Assembly (NCBI RefSeq): GCF_006345805.1
Contig: NC_042998.1
Coordinates: 88,102,001 to 88,166,000, forward strand
Reading direction: 5' to 3'
Length of the DNA stretch: 64,000 nucleotides
Source: Octopus sinensis
Lineage: Eukaryota
In this document: positions 37,761-51,500 of the stretch, in pieces
How the letters are laid out: each line of letters starts with the position of its first letter
Position numbering within the stretch: position 1 is the stretch's first letter
Program-made: the position numbers and the translations under genes
The notes under the pieces: model-generated
Told to the model about the DNA's origin: nothing
Database searches by the model: none
What the model saw: only the letters and a program-made list of their open reading frames with translations

Positions 37761-38498
37761 ACCATAAAATCCTTAAATGGAGGAAACCATTGAAATCTCT
37801 CTAGTATGATGTGTATTGATATGGCAGCCTTATATAATATCTATGAGGCTTATGGATATGGTAGCCTTATATAATGTCTATTGATAAAACACTCTTATAT
37901 GATGTTTATGGACATGGCTGTCTTACCTATGTGATATCTCTTGATATTACAAGCATCCATATATGCTAGCTTTTATCATTGCAGTCATATCCATGCGATG
38001 ACTTCTCTTAACTCAGTCACAAACTTGGGTGAGGTTTTTTTTTCCCCAGTTTGATTATACATGTGAGACACAGCTTTTGCCTTCATTGTCACATGTTTGA
38101 CACAGATTTCTTCTATAAATTCTTGCATCACAGTATTTACAGTCAGCTACATTTGTTTTTACAGTCAAATTTATGAAAATGTTATTACCATTTTTTTTTT
38201 CCTTTTCCTGTTCTTTCTCTCTCTTTAAGAGAAACAATCATATCTGCACACACATAAACACACACACACACACACACATGCCACACGCTGAGTTAACTAT
38301 TCTCTCTCTCTCTCTCTCTCTCTCTGTCTGTTGCAGTGTCATGTACAGGTGACTTCATTCTTCATGGCAGCTATGCTTAATGGCTCTAGAAATGCAGCCA
38401 AACAAGTGATGTTTTAAAAAAATTTCAATTTTTATTGTTTATAGTTTATTTTAAGGAATCAGTTTTGGGTGGGGAAAATAATTTTCTCTCATGGAGCC

Positions 38499-38504
38499 AA
38501 TAAA
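38499..38504 (+). promoter_or_regulatory. Candidate poly(A) signal for SLC25A10 (second AATAAA at 38574)
   Basis: First canonical AATAAA I could find downstream of the stop codon by eye. No transcript evidence. Confidence 0.25.
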
Positions 38505-39507
38505 TGAAAATGATATATTTTTAACATGTCAGTCTGATGTCAGGTAGATGAACGACTGTTTTTACATCACAGAAATAAATCATTTTCCATATTCAGATAT
38601 TAAAACCTTTATGTGAGTTTATATGTGTATATATATTATATATGTGTGTGTGTGTATGTATGTATGTGTATATATATATTTAGATATGACCATGTGTGTG
38701 TGTTTGTATGTATGCATTTATGTATAAAAGTCCTAATAGCAAAGAAGTCAATATATATATTGAATTCCTCAATTTGTAATACACACATATATCTGTCTTT
38801 CCATCTTCTATCAATCTACTAATCTACCTACCTACCTATCTATCTATCTATCTATCTATCTTTATCTCTCTATCTATATCTATCTTTAGGCGTATGTATG
38901 TGTGTGTATATATATATGCATATACTTTGATACTTTGATAGGTTTCGGCCATTATTGGCCCAGGCCATGTCTAACTTAATAGCACCACCTGGTGCTATAT
39001 ATATACATATATGAATATATATATATATATATTTTGAAATATAATTATAATTAAGGGCACTAGAATGCCAATGCCTAAATATTAGAAGTAGATGTCAAAT
39101 ACCTACAATCCACTCTAAAGTTGTTCTCTGTTTATAACCCCAGGTCTAATAACCCCTATTTATAACCCCAGGTAATGAGCTAAAGATTTACAAAATGTCA
39201 GATAATCCAATATCTTAAGATTTCATGCTCTGTAATAAAGATTACTTTGCAATCCTCAGTAGAGATACACTGGCAAATATATAAGCAAAAAATACATATA
39301 CATACCGATAAATTTATTCCTACAGATACCAATATATACATGCATTTCCCATGTATACATTCATTCCATCAACTAGCCCATCTCGACCATGTGGTTAATG
39401 TCAGAAATCATACGGATCAAGTGCAGTACCGCAGCATGAAATAAGGACTCGAGTACTCAAAAATTATTTATACTTATAAATTGAGGATATAATCAGTAAA
39501 ATGATTA

Positions 39508-40419
39508 TATCTGTGGCAAGCATATAAAAAATGACCGTATTGGTAAAATTAATTTTTAATTGTATAATTATAAAAATATAGTTATAATTAAGGGCACTGG
39601 AATGCCAGTGCCTATACACTATAAGTAGATTTCAAGTACTTACAATCTACTTTAAATTTGTTCTCTATTTATAACCCCAAGCTGGATGCAAGGTAAGAAA
39701 CAAGATTTACAAAATGTTGAATAATCCTATATCTTAAAATTTCATGCTCTGTAATAAAGATTACTTTGCAATCCTCAGTAGAGATACACCAACAAATATA
39801 TAAGCAAAAAATATATATACATATAGGCGTAGGAGTGGCCGTGTGGTAAGTAGCTTGCTTACTAACCACACGGTTCCGGGTTCAGTCCCCCTGCGTGGCA
39901 CCTAGGGCAAGTATCTTCTACTATAGCCTTGGGCCGACCAAAGCCTTGTGAGTGGATTTGGTAGACGGAAACTGAAAGAAGCCCGTCATATATATGTATA
40001 TATATGTATGTTTGTCCCCCCAACATCGCTTAACAACTGATGCTGGTGTGTTTATGTCCACGTAACTTAGCGGTTCAGCAAAAGAGACCGATAGTATAAC
40101 TACTAGGCTTACAAAGAATGAGTCGTGGGGTCAATTTACTCGACTAAAGATGCTGCTCCAGCATGGCCACAGTCACATGACTGAAACAAGAGAGAGTATA
40201 CATATCAATAAATCTATTCGTACAGATACCAATATATACATGCATTTCGCACATATACATTCCATCTACTAGAGAACAAATTTAGAGTGGATTGTAGGTA
40301 TTTCACATCTACTTCTAGCATATATTGGTGCTTCCATTCCAGCACTCTTAATATAATTATATACTTAAAAATTAATTTTACCGATATGGTAATTTTTTTA
40401 TATGCTAGCCACTGACATA
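39508..40419. mobile_element. Long-TIR (about 150 bp) non-autonomous DNA transposon interrupted by a CORE SINE (39825-40196); partial second copy at about 39040-39375
   Basis: 39508-39666 is the imperfect reverse complement of 40271-40419. 39040-39375 matches 39578-39824 plus 40197-40272. Confidence 0.75.
39825..40196 (+). mobile_element. CORE-type tRNA SINE, full length
   Basis: AGGCGTAGGAGTGGCCGTGTGGTAAG head and GGTTCAGTCCC B-box-like motif. Flanked by TATACATAT on both sides (candidate TSD). Confidence 0.88.
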
Positions 40420-40522
40420 TATATATGTGTGTGTGTGTATATGTATACATATATGCAAATTTATATATGTATATAGAAGTATATATATATACACATATGC
40501 AAATCTATATATGTATATATAA

Positions 40523-40570
<48 letters not shown>

Positions 40571-40905
40571 CTATGTATATATGTATTATGTGTATATATA
40601 TGTATATATGTATTATGTGTATATATATGTATATATGTATTATGTGTATATATATGTATATATGTATTATGTGTATATATATATATATGTATTATGTGTA
40701 TATATATATGTATTATGTATATATATATATATGTATTATGTATATATATATATGTATATGAATGTGGTTGGCATTAGGAAGGGCATCCAGCTGTAGAAAC
40801 ATTGCCAGATAAGACTGGAGCCTGGTGCAGCCTTCTGGCTTCCCAGATCCCCGGTCGAACCGTCCAACCCATGCTAGCATGGAGAACGGACGTTAAACGA
40901 TGATG

Positions 40906-40971
<66 letters not shown>

Positions 40972-43900
40972 TATGCCCCTGTGCCGGTGGCACGTAAAAA
41001 GCACCCACTACACTCACAGAGTGGTTGGGATTAGGAAGGGCATCCAGCTGTAGAAACACTGCAAGATCAAACTGGAGCCTAGTGCAGCCTCCTGGCTTCC
41101 CAGACCCGGTCAAACTGTCCAACCCATGCTAACATGGAAAATGGACATTAAACGATGATGATGATATATATGTGTGTCTTGTTTGTTTTTTATTATGACC
41201 AGCCATAGTATGCAACACATTATGGAGATGTTAAAAATCATGTGATGCCTGAGCTGGAAGGTTTTTAAAGTGAGAAAAGGTCTTGTACAGGGCCAACCCA
41301 CTCTCTAAACAGTATATGCATTTTCTCAAAAGATATGTTTAAACAAAGATTAGGTGTGTCTCAGCTGTTGGATGGCTGCTGACCCTTCTAGGTTTTGTTT
41401 TCCATCCTACAAGGTAGTAGGACAGAATGAAAACTATCCTTCTTACCAAGATGATTTGATAGCACAGCCAGTTTAGTTGCCAGTAGTCTGATCATGCAAC
41501 AGGTTGTACAGGGTTACATAATGATCTGACATAACATATATTTAGATATATTCATATACGTGTGTGTGTGTGTAAATCTATAGAAGCATGTGACCATTTT
41601 GTTAGGCTCACAATCATAAATTCACTATTTCAGTTCCTGAACTGGGGATTACCCTGTGTCATTGAGCAAGGCACATCATTTCCTATTGCTTCAGTCTAGT
41701 AAGCTAAAGATGAGAGCCAGCTGACTGAGGCTGCAGCACTCTCTCCCTCCTGCTGTCACATCCTCAGTGTTCCACTATGGCAAGGGTGGTAGAGCCAAGA
41801 ACATGTTTTGTCGTACTTGTGACATTTTGTCTGCTTGCTAAAACAATTAGCAAAAGTGTAGTACAAGATATTGGGTCATGCTCATGAGATCAGCTAGACG
41901 TTTGTGTGTGTGCGTGTGTGTATTCATATATGTATATAGTTAGATAGGAGGAATTAGATAACATTTTTGTGATTGGTGATTATCTTAAGTTGTATAAAGG
42001 AGACTCTCTCCCATGAAAACTCAAGTTACACACAAACAAAAATCTGGAATGTTAACTTCACTTATGTGGGTCAGGTCGCTTCATAGTTCTACTGGTAACA
42101 TGTAACCCAGTACAACATGTTGCATAGTGGACTATCAGCAACTAAACTTACCAACTTGTTTCATGGGAAGGGTGACTTTTGGACACCCGGGAGGGCTAAA
42201 TACATACATACACACACACACATATATATATTTTATATATATATCATCATTATCATTTAATGTCCACCATCCATGCTAGCATAGGTGGGATGGTTTCTCA
42301 AGAGCCAGCAAGGCAGAATCATGCACCAGACTTCTGTGACTGTTTTGGCAGGATTTTTACAGCTAGATGCTCTTCCTAACACCAACCACACAGCAGAGCG
42401 GACTTAGTGCTTTTTATGTGGTGCAAGCACAAAATATATACAGATATATTTTATATATATCTGTATATATTTTGTGCTTGCGCCACATAATTTTGTGTGT
42501 TTGTGTGTGTAAATGTTTCGTTTTCTTCTGCAACATTGTGAATATTATAGAATGACAGTCCAGTCTCCTATTACAGATTTCATCTTACTTGTTATTTCAT
42601 TGTATTGCTTTCTTATTATACCTAAATGAAGAAGATATGTTTTATTTATGTGGTAAGTGTCTGATGCTATTCAATCATCATAATCAGTATCATTACTTGC
42701 TGAAACCTATCTGAGAAACTCTGCACTGATTGCACAAGTATTTTATTTCATTAAATGCTAATATACTATTCAAGGTTATTAAAAAAAAAAACTTTTAAAA
42801 TAATCTAAGTATGGATGTATTATCTTAAATCTGACACCTTTTTTTTGTACTTTCTTTCTTTCTTTGAGATACAAAATTATATAGATATAATAAGACAAAA
42901 ACCAACTAGTAGTGGTTTGAATGTTTATGAATTGACATGTTAACATTATTGTTGAATTCAAGGGAGATCATTATGGTTAAATCCTACTACATAAATCCCA
43001 TTGGAGTTCTATCTTGCAGTTTTTCCTATTTCTTGTCCAAATAATCCTGAGAACTCCAGTCTAATCATAATATTTCTGGTAAGAGAGATTGTGTAAATGA
43101 TAAATCCGTAATAGTATTCCATTTGATTCTAAGCTCCGGTCCTGTTTCTGTCATCTTTTTCTTTCATTCCATTAGGACTTAAAAGAAATAAGTACTAATA
43201 ATATAGCAGCAATGATTCCACTGAACATATATTTCTTTCTTTATCAATCTTTGAATCGTGTCCAAAGAAAACCATTATAGCCAAGGGAGTCATTCAGTGG
43301 AGTTTTGGGGGATTCTTTTCATGAAGTATCAAAATCAAGGAAGAGAAATGAAGCCAATATAGAATTGAATTTGAGTTGTAGACTCTGTTAACCAGCAGCT
43401 TCCCTTTTAGACTATGGTTATTGTTGTTGTTGATGTTGTTTAGTCCCAGAGTCAGCTTTAACCCAGACTACTCTGTCAAGTGTAATACTTAGTCATTCAC
43501 ATTGCTTTGAAATTAATCATGAATTATCTTGTAGCTTTGAGATTTTGATGATGTGACTGTTTATTTTTAGAATGACATTGGAGTGTAGGTGTGAGAGGCT
43601 GGATCTGGCCAATTTGAACGTAAAACATGTAGGAGATTTGGGCCGGATATAGTTGGTTTAAATGCTAAAGGATTACATCAATAGACACCATGATCAAAGG
43701 CATTTCAGCTTTGCACTAATGTTTTTTACTTTTTAATATATTGCAAAACAGTCTAGGATTAGATTGTCCTTACCTTTTTTTAAGATGGTAGAATATGATT
43801 TGAGAGAGATTTGGCTGATGTTTCTAGTAATTCAAGCTACCACACAGAGAGACTCCTTCATTCTTGATGTTGAGAATTTAACTGTGTTCTTATGGGTCAG

Positions 43901-45013
43901 CCATTCTTGGTCTGTAGATTCTGTTTATGACCAAGTAGACTGGAACATTTGACAGCTGAATCATCATTTAACCTTAAACACAATGTAGTGTTAGTGATAA
44001 TACACACAGTCTACTTTGTAGCTGGATGTTCATTACTTTTTTTAACTTGACCATCCATTAGCACCTTGCGTAGAGTATAAGAAATTCCTCCTGGGGTGAA
44101 GCAGTTAGAACGAGATAGAGAACAACTTAACACAGAGCTGACTGAAGTGTCAGAAATCAAATCTTGTAAGACAAGATTAGAATACTATGAAGGTAAATAG
44201 AAGTTTTTAATAAGGATTGTAAAGTTCTGTTTCAAAGTTTAGTTATGCTTATGACAAAATATCAGAAAACAAAGTTATCCTTACCATTGTCAGTTGGTAC
44301 TGAGAAGAACTATGAGAAGATTTCAGAGAACGCACAAGGGAGCTTCATCAGATCCTAATCATCCACTCAGGTACTACTAATTCTACAACTACTACTACTA
44401 CTACAATCACTGCCATTCCCATTCCTTTTCTCCAAGTCAAGTTGTTATATAAACTACTATGTTATTTTCATATGTAAACAACGGAAATAATTTTTGTGAT
44501 TGTCCAGTTCTTAATTATTTTTTTTTAAATACTTGTTAATTTTCTTTAAATTTGTCCTGTTGATAAAATAAAATTGTTTTACTTTGTCAAAGACTTCAAT
44601 GGCTTACTTTTTTATAATCATTTTTTTTTTTTATTTATTTGTCTGTTTTTATATCTTTTATCTTTTACTTGTTTCATTCATTGGACTGCGGTCATGATGG
44701 GTCACCACTTTGAAGGATTTTGTTGAACAAATTCATCCCAGTACTTATCTTTAAGTCTGATGCTTATTCTATTAGTCTCTTTTGCCGAACTGCTAAGTTA
44801 CGAGAATATAATTATGGTGGGATATTTGAAGCATTGTTGTTATGGGTGGATACTCATCCTGTCATCAACCATTTCCTGTTTATCAAGTAAAAAAGCTTTT
44901 ATTCTGCTTCTTCAGGGGCACAGAGCCACAGGTTGTAATGTTTTCAGGGAATTTAAGCATGTTGACAGTTTTTTTTTACTCAGACAACTTTATGCAAGAA
45001 GCAGACATGATAA

Positions 45014-45065
<52 letters not shown>

Positions 45066-45079
45066 GTGCAGAATTTGAA

Positions 45080-47530
45080 CTTAGAATGAAATGCTGTGAA
45101 GCATTTTGTCCAATACATGAATGATTCTTGCTACTCACCACCTAAGTAATAATGATCCTGGAATTTGTGGGGAATTTTGGCCTGGAATTTTGTGGGAGGG
45201 GAACAGTCAATCACATGGACTCCAGTACTCAACTAGTTACTAATTTTATTGACCCCAGAAGGATGAAAGGTAAAAACCACCTTTGGCAGAATTTGAACTC
45301 AGAACTTAAAAGGTAAAGAAATGCCACTTACCATTTTTCTTGACATACTAATGATTCTGCAGGCTAAGCACCTTAATAATAATAATAATCCTTTCTACTG
45401 CAAGCACAAGGCCCCAAATTTGGGGGAAGGGATTAAGTTGACTACATCAACCCCAGTACATAACTGTTACTTAATTTATTGACCCCGAGAGGATGAAAGG
45501 CAAAGTTGATCCTGGTAGCATTTGAACTCAGAACATGAAAACAGACAAAATACTGCTAAGCATTTCCCCCGGTGTGCTAACAATTGTGCCTGTTTGCTGC
45601 CTTAATAATAATGATAATAATAATAATAATAATGATAATAATAATTTGCATTGCAATTTTTCCCATTGCAATAATGTAAACATCATCATCATCATCATCA
45701 TCATTACCATCATAGTCATCATCAATCACTGACATCATCATAACTTCTTTTCATCATTAATGTTGTTGTCTTTTACATTCTTCATCCTCATCTCACCCAC
45801 AGCACCAGTTACTCAATATCACGACCGTCATCATCATCTTCATCCTCATTGTTACTTTTTGGCATTTCCGTAGAGTTGAGGAGTTCTGTTACAAAAGGCC
45901 ATTGTCTTTTTTGTGGTTGTTGTTTTTCTGCTGCATCTATGATGACATTTAATGTTTAGAAATTAAATAAATTACATCTGCATTTAAAATAGGTTACAAT
46001 GTTTTAGAGGGTTGTTATTATTTTAACATGACTTTTTTATTTTTTTTCATTAAATGTTCTGAGTCTTTGTTTTTAAATTCTGAAATATAGTTTTTTTTTA
46101 ATATTTTTTTTTTTATTATCTCTTCAACTTTGTTTTCTATTTTTTTAGGAAAAAAATGTATACGGGATGTTGTTTTTAAATATATATAACTGCTTTGAAA
46201 TTTTCTATAATAATGCTATTCTAGCTTGAGAATATATTTATTTATCCATTTATTTATTTATTGCTATTTGGGAGTATTAAATGAAATTATAAGCAATGAA
46301 ATTAAGCCTAGACATCAAAGAAATGAAAACTAAAGATGACTATTTTGACCGGATTTGAAATTTTTAAAAAATGACACTAAATATTGCAATGCATTTCTAA
46401 TTTTGGCACCAAGACAGCAAGTTTCAGGGTTGAGGCAATTTGATTACATTAACCCCAGTAATTGACTGGTATTTTATGTTATCGACCCTACAAGGATGAA
46501 AGGTAAAGTTGACCTTGGCAGGATTTGAACTCAGAAAGTAAAGAGTTGGAAGAAGTACTACTAAACCTTTTGTTTGATGTGTTAAGAATTCCATCAGCTC
46601 ACTGTCTTAATAATAATAATGATAATAATAATAATGATTATAATGATAATAATAATAATAATAATAATAATGATAATAATGATAATGATGATAATGATGA
46701 TAACAACAATAATAATAATAATAAACCTTTCTACTATAGGCACAAGGCCTGGATTTTGTGGGGAGGAGAACAGTCAATCGACCTTGAAAGGATGAAAGTC
46801 AAAGTTGACCTCAATGGAACATAAACTCAATGTAGTGGCAGACGAAATACTGTTAAGCATTTTACCTGGCGTGCTAACAATTTTGCCAGCTCACCACCTT
46901 AATAATAATAATAATTATGATGATGCTGATTTCAAATTTTTGCCACAAGAGCAGCTTGGGGAAGGGATTAAGTCGATTACATCGATTCCAGTGCGTAACT
47001 GGTACTTATTTAATTAAACCCGAAAGGATGAAAGGCAAAGTCGATCTCGGCAGAATTTGAACTCAGAACATAAAGACAGACAAAATACCACTAAGCATTT
47101 CGCTCGGCATGCTAACGTTTCTGCCAGCTCGTCACCTTAATAATAATGATACTACTACTAATAATAATTTTCTCTTTAATATATTGCAAAACAATCTAGG
47201 ACTAGATTGTCCTTGCTTTTTTTTAAGATGGTAGAATGTGATTTGAGAGAGATTTGGCTGATATTTCCAGTAATTCAAGCTACCACACAGAGAGACTCCT
47301 TCATTATTGGTTTTACATTTTGGTACAAAGCCATCAATTTTAGTGGAAGGATTTTAGTCAATTACATCAATCCCAGTACTTTACTGGTACTTTATTTTAT
47401 TGATACCAAAAGGAGTAAAAGCAAAGTTGGCTTCAGCAGGATTTGAACTCAGAATGTAAAGAGCTGGAAGAAATGCCAGTAAACATTTTGTTCAGTGCAA
47501 TAACGATTTTGCCGTCTCCTACCTTAACTT
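45080..47530 (-). mobile_element. Cluster of six to seven co-oriented Nin-domain SINEs linked by (TAA)n/(GAT)n tracts
   Basis: Repeated CCC.AAAGGATGAAAGG.AAAGT.GAC...ATTTGAACTCAGAA...GCCAGCTC.CC.CCTTAATAAT modules. Confidence 0.8.
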
Positions 47531-48477
47531 TTAAAAAAATCTACCATGACCTTTACAGTATCAGGAGGGTGATGCTTATCTAGCTTTCCAAGATATTTAG
47601 GTAACTTAAAGTACAAAACTACCCATACATTTGAGGGTTAAGTACCAGCTGTTGCTGGTATTCATTTTCAACTGAGTGCCCTGAAGTAATATAAATTAAG
47701 TGCTTTGCTGAAGCACACAACACACCACCAAGTCCAAGAATTGAACCCATCTTCAAACAATTTTGTCAACTGGGCCACATGCCTTTCTACGCAACCTTTA
47801 TTTAACTTTAACATCAGAAATACATGTAAGCCAGGAGCTGGCAGAATCATTAGCATGCTGGGTAAAATGCTTAGCAGCATTTTATCCATCTTCATATTCC
47901 AAGTTCAGATGTTTTCAGGGTCGACTTTGCCTTTCATCTTTTCAGGATCAATAAAATAAGTTTTCATGTAGTAATAACCACACCTTGGGTACACCTCATT
48001 GGCCATTGTACTGCCTCAAGCACTGGGGTTGATCCAGTTGACTTAGCTCCTCCCTTAAAATTGCTGGCTTTGTGCTAACATTTGAAACCCATATCAAAAA
48101 TCAAAGTAACAAGGATTGAAACCTTGTCTGGATATATGCTAGTTTCTAAATTGTTACAAGACTTATTTTTGGATGAGATAGAATATGAATTTAACAAATC
48201 AATTCAAGAATATCTATAGAAATTATTTATCAATCTTTGAGAATGACAAAGTAAGTTGAGTCTGATGGAATTTGATCTTGGAACTCAGAAGAATGAAACT
48301 ATTTTCATGCATGTTGTCTTCTGCTCTACTATTATATTTACACTGTCCTTCTTTTTTCTCTTTTACTGCTTTCTTGCATTCATTCATTTGATGCTTTTGA
48401 CTCAATACATCTGGTACTTATTCTATTATTTATTGTAAAGCAAGTATTGTGCAGCTTTAGTACCAAATTGCAAGTGC

Positions 48478-48580
48478 ATAAGAACTTGTGTGAACCCATT
48501 TCTGCTTAGAATAAGAACTTGTGTGACCCCATTTCTGCTTAGAATAAGAACTTGTGTGAACCCATTTCTGCTTAGAATAA
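48478..48580. repeat. Three tandem 33-bp units TAAGAACTTGTGTGA(A/C)CCCATTTCTGCTTAGAA next to an RTE 3' fragment (about 48600-49080, minus)
   Basis: Direct reading. The adjacent minus translation has ARWILQAKPTG..PR.R...RW. Confidence 0.8.
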
Positions 48581-51500
48581 TAACAAATCTTTAATCTTAT
48601 AAATCCAAAGATGTCTTTCCATACATCCATCCATACATCCATTTTCTCTGCTCACTATTCCTGATAGGATTGTGGGGTAGAATCCTTCGGCACTGCCTCC
48701 ACAAGGTCCAGTCAAAAGTAACCATCATTATACTTACTGGTTGGATTCTTGAGTGTGATGAGGTAAGATTACCCAGCCATCTCATTATTGTCCTAACCCT
48801 AGGTTTGCTGCCAGTTGGTTTGGCCTGAAGAATCCATCTTGCAATTCTTTCCTGTGACATTCTAATTCCATATCCTGAAATATCCTGGAGCTGTAACTTC
48901 TCAGTGTGGAGAAGAAGTAGGAACTCAATCTGGAGAGAGTCCTTGATCTCTGAGCTATACACTCTGTCAGGTAACATTACTCCAGAGATCCTTTGGAGAA
49001 ACCCTATTTTTGACTGCTTATATTCGCAGTTGTACTCTTTTAGTCATTACCCAACATTTATGACCATAGGTGATGATTGGCATGGAAACCAAATTGAATA
49101 TACCAAATATGTAATTTATTATTTTTTTAAGGTTTTGTTATTAAGGCTCAAATTGTTTTTTGTAGATTTTTTAAGCTTCCATCAGCAGATAGTTTCAAAT
49201 TAGAATGATGTTAAAATTGTGCCTGCTCTTGTGGTATTTGAACTCATAATACTGAGTGAATGGAAATAAGCTTCAAGCATATCAAGGCTATAACTTGCTT
49301 TCAAATCTCAGTTGTAGTGGTCATTTTACTTCAATGTCATTAATGTTTACTTTAGATTATCCTGATAGGAAGTGTGGAAGGGAAGAGAACAAGAAGCCAT
49401 CAAAGATGTTTTGGAACTGATGACATCAACAAATGGACTGGAAGCAAGAGCCTGGCTGACTGCATGCAGGCAACACAACACAGAAGGAAAAGGAGAGTCT
49501 TCGAAAGCCAACACCTAAATAAAATGTGGGTATCTTGTTGGCTGGCATAAATGTCTCTGTGAAATGTATTCTTGTTATGACACCTCATTTCTTCATTATA
49601 ATATAACGTCTTATGCTTATATAAAAATGAGTATTGGTCATTTGTGGAGTATAGTACAATAGTATAGAGGTAAGCTCTTTTTGAAATGAACACATAACCT
49701 GGTTTTGATTTGTTGTTCAAGCCATTCCACTTCATGTACATTCCTAAAAATGACATGAATATCGTATCACACAATATTATTCATTACTTGTGGGAAATCT
49801 AAAACATCATTCCTATGCAACAAAATATATCTTTATTAAAAGGTAGTTTTGAGTCTTTGTAGAATAATGTCCCAAACACCCTTTTCAGTATTGCTGTTTA
49901 TTGTCCTTGTCATAAAATGAAACCCAGTACCACCTTTGTTCTTAATTTTTCCAGAATTGGTGAAATGAATATCAAATAGCAGTAATCTACTTGGGTAAAT
50001 TCAGCTTGGGTATATGTCCATCCCAAGAAATCTGTTGTGAAGACTGTGGTGGTAGTGTTGGCAGTGGCAGCAGTGGTTGTTGCTCTTGTTGAATATTCTC
50101 AGAAAGCTAAGTACATGACCAACTCACAATTTCCATTTGGAAATACTTTCCATTATATTGTTAAATGTCTTTAGACTAAAGTTCAAGACATCTTAATTTC
50201 TACTCTTAAAACTTAAGTCTTCATATCTACATGCAACAACTGACATATTGGAAATTATAATAGAATTTGATATTTGATTGGCATATAGAAAAATATATAT
50301 TTAATATCAGTCTATGTTAATGGTGGTGTTGTCAACAGCAGCATTGTTGGGTTGGCAGCATCATCATCATCATTATCATCAGCATCATTGTGGGGAGAGA
50401 CTAGCTATGCTCAACTTTTTCTCTGTCTTCCTTATCAGCAGAAAGAGAATTAAAAATTTCAGTTCTGATCATGAGCCCAGAGTCGTATCACCATCAAAAC
50501 ACTAAAACCAAATATTTCCAAGCAAGTTTAATATTGCATATTATTATAACTTACTGCTGTAAGAAAGAGTGTTACAAGTGACAAAAGTTTCATTTGTTTG
50601 CAGTTCTGAGTTTAATATTTTTTTTTTTTTCATAAATATTATAGTGATGTTGCTAGAGGCACAGGGCTTAGTGGTTTGAGTGTTGGACTCATGGTCATAA
50701 GATTGTGATTTCAATTCCTGCACTGGGCAATGCAGTGTGTTCTTGATCAAAACATTTCAGTTCATGTTATTCCAGTTCACTCAGCTGGTAAAAGCAAGGC
50801 ACCCTGTGATGGACAGGCATTCCATCCAGGGAGTAATATATACGCCACAGAAACCAGGAAACCAGCCCTATGCTCTTTACGGGGTAATGTGGACCAGCCC
50901 CCATTATAGTGGTTAAAATAAACTCCAAGGAAAATGAGTTCTTATTCAATGGCGTCTCACAAAAGCAATAAACAATGGGAAAACATTTCTGACAGTAATA
51001 TATGGATGATGGATTAAATACATTAATAACTAAATTAACTGTCACTAGAAACAATGAATTGCTATTTTCTCTATTTATTGTTGAATCTATTTTAAAAGAA
51101 GTTTTTGATTGTACAAAAGTATTGTAAGTCTTCTTTTTATTTCTTTTTTTAATTATAACATCTTTCAAGCTAAAGGGTATTTTGTTTAAATAGTGACTTT
51201 ATAATTGTTTGTTGGTTATGATGATGCTTTGCTTATTATTGAGTATTCTCAGAGTTTAGTTGAAGTAAATTTATAGAACAAACATATGTAAACTACTTTC
51301 TTTCATCCCACTAATCTTGGGACACTAAAATGGATCAGTGTATGCTGTTTTTCATCCTCTGATTAAATGATGAAAGAAAAATGGAAAAATGATAAAATAT
51401 ACACTATCAATTTTCTGGATATTCCAGTGGAAGAACTTTTTATTGCTTTCTGCTGGTATGAATGGAAACAGTTCTGGGAAAAACGAGTGTGTGATGTATT

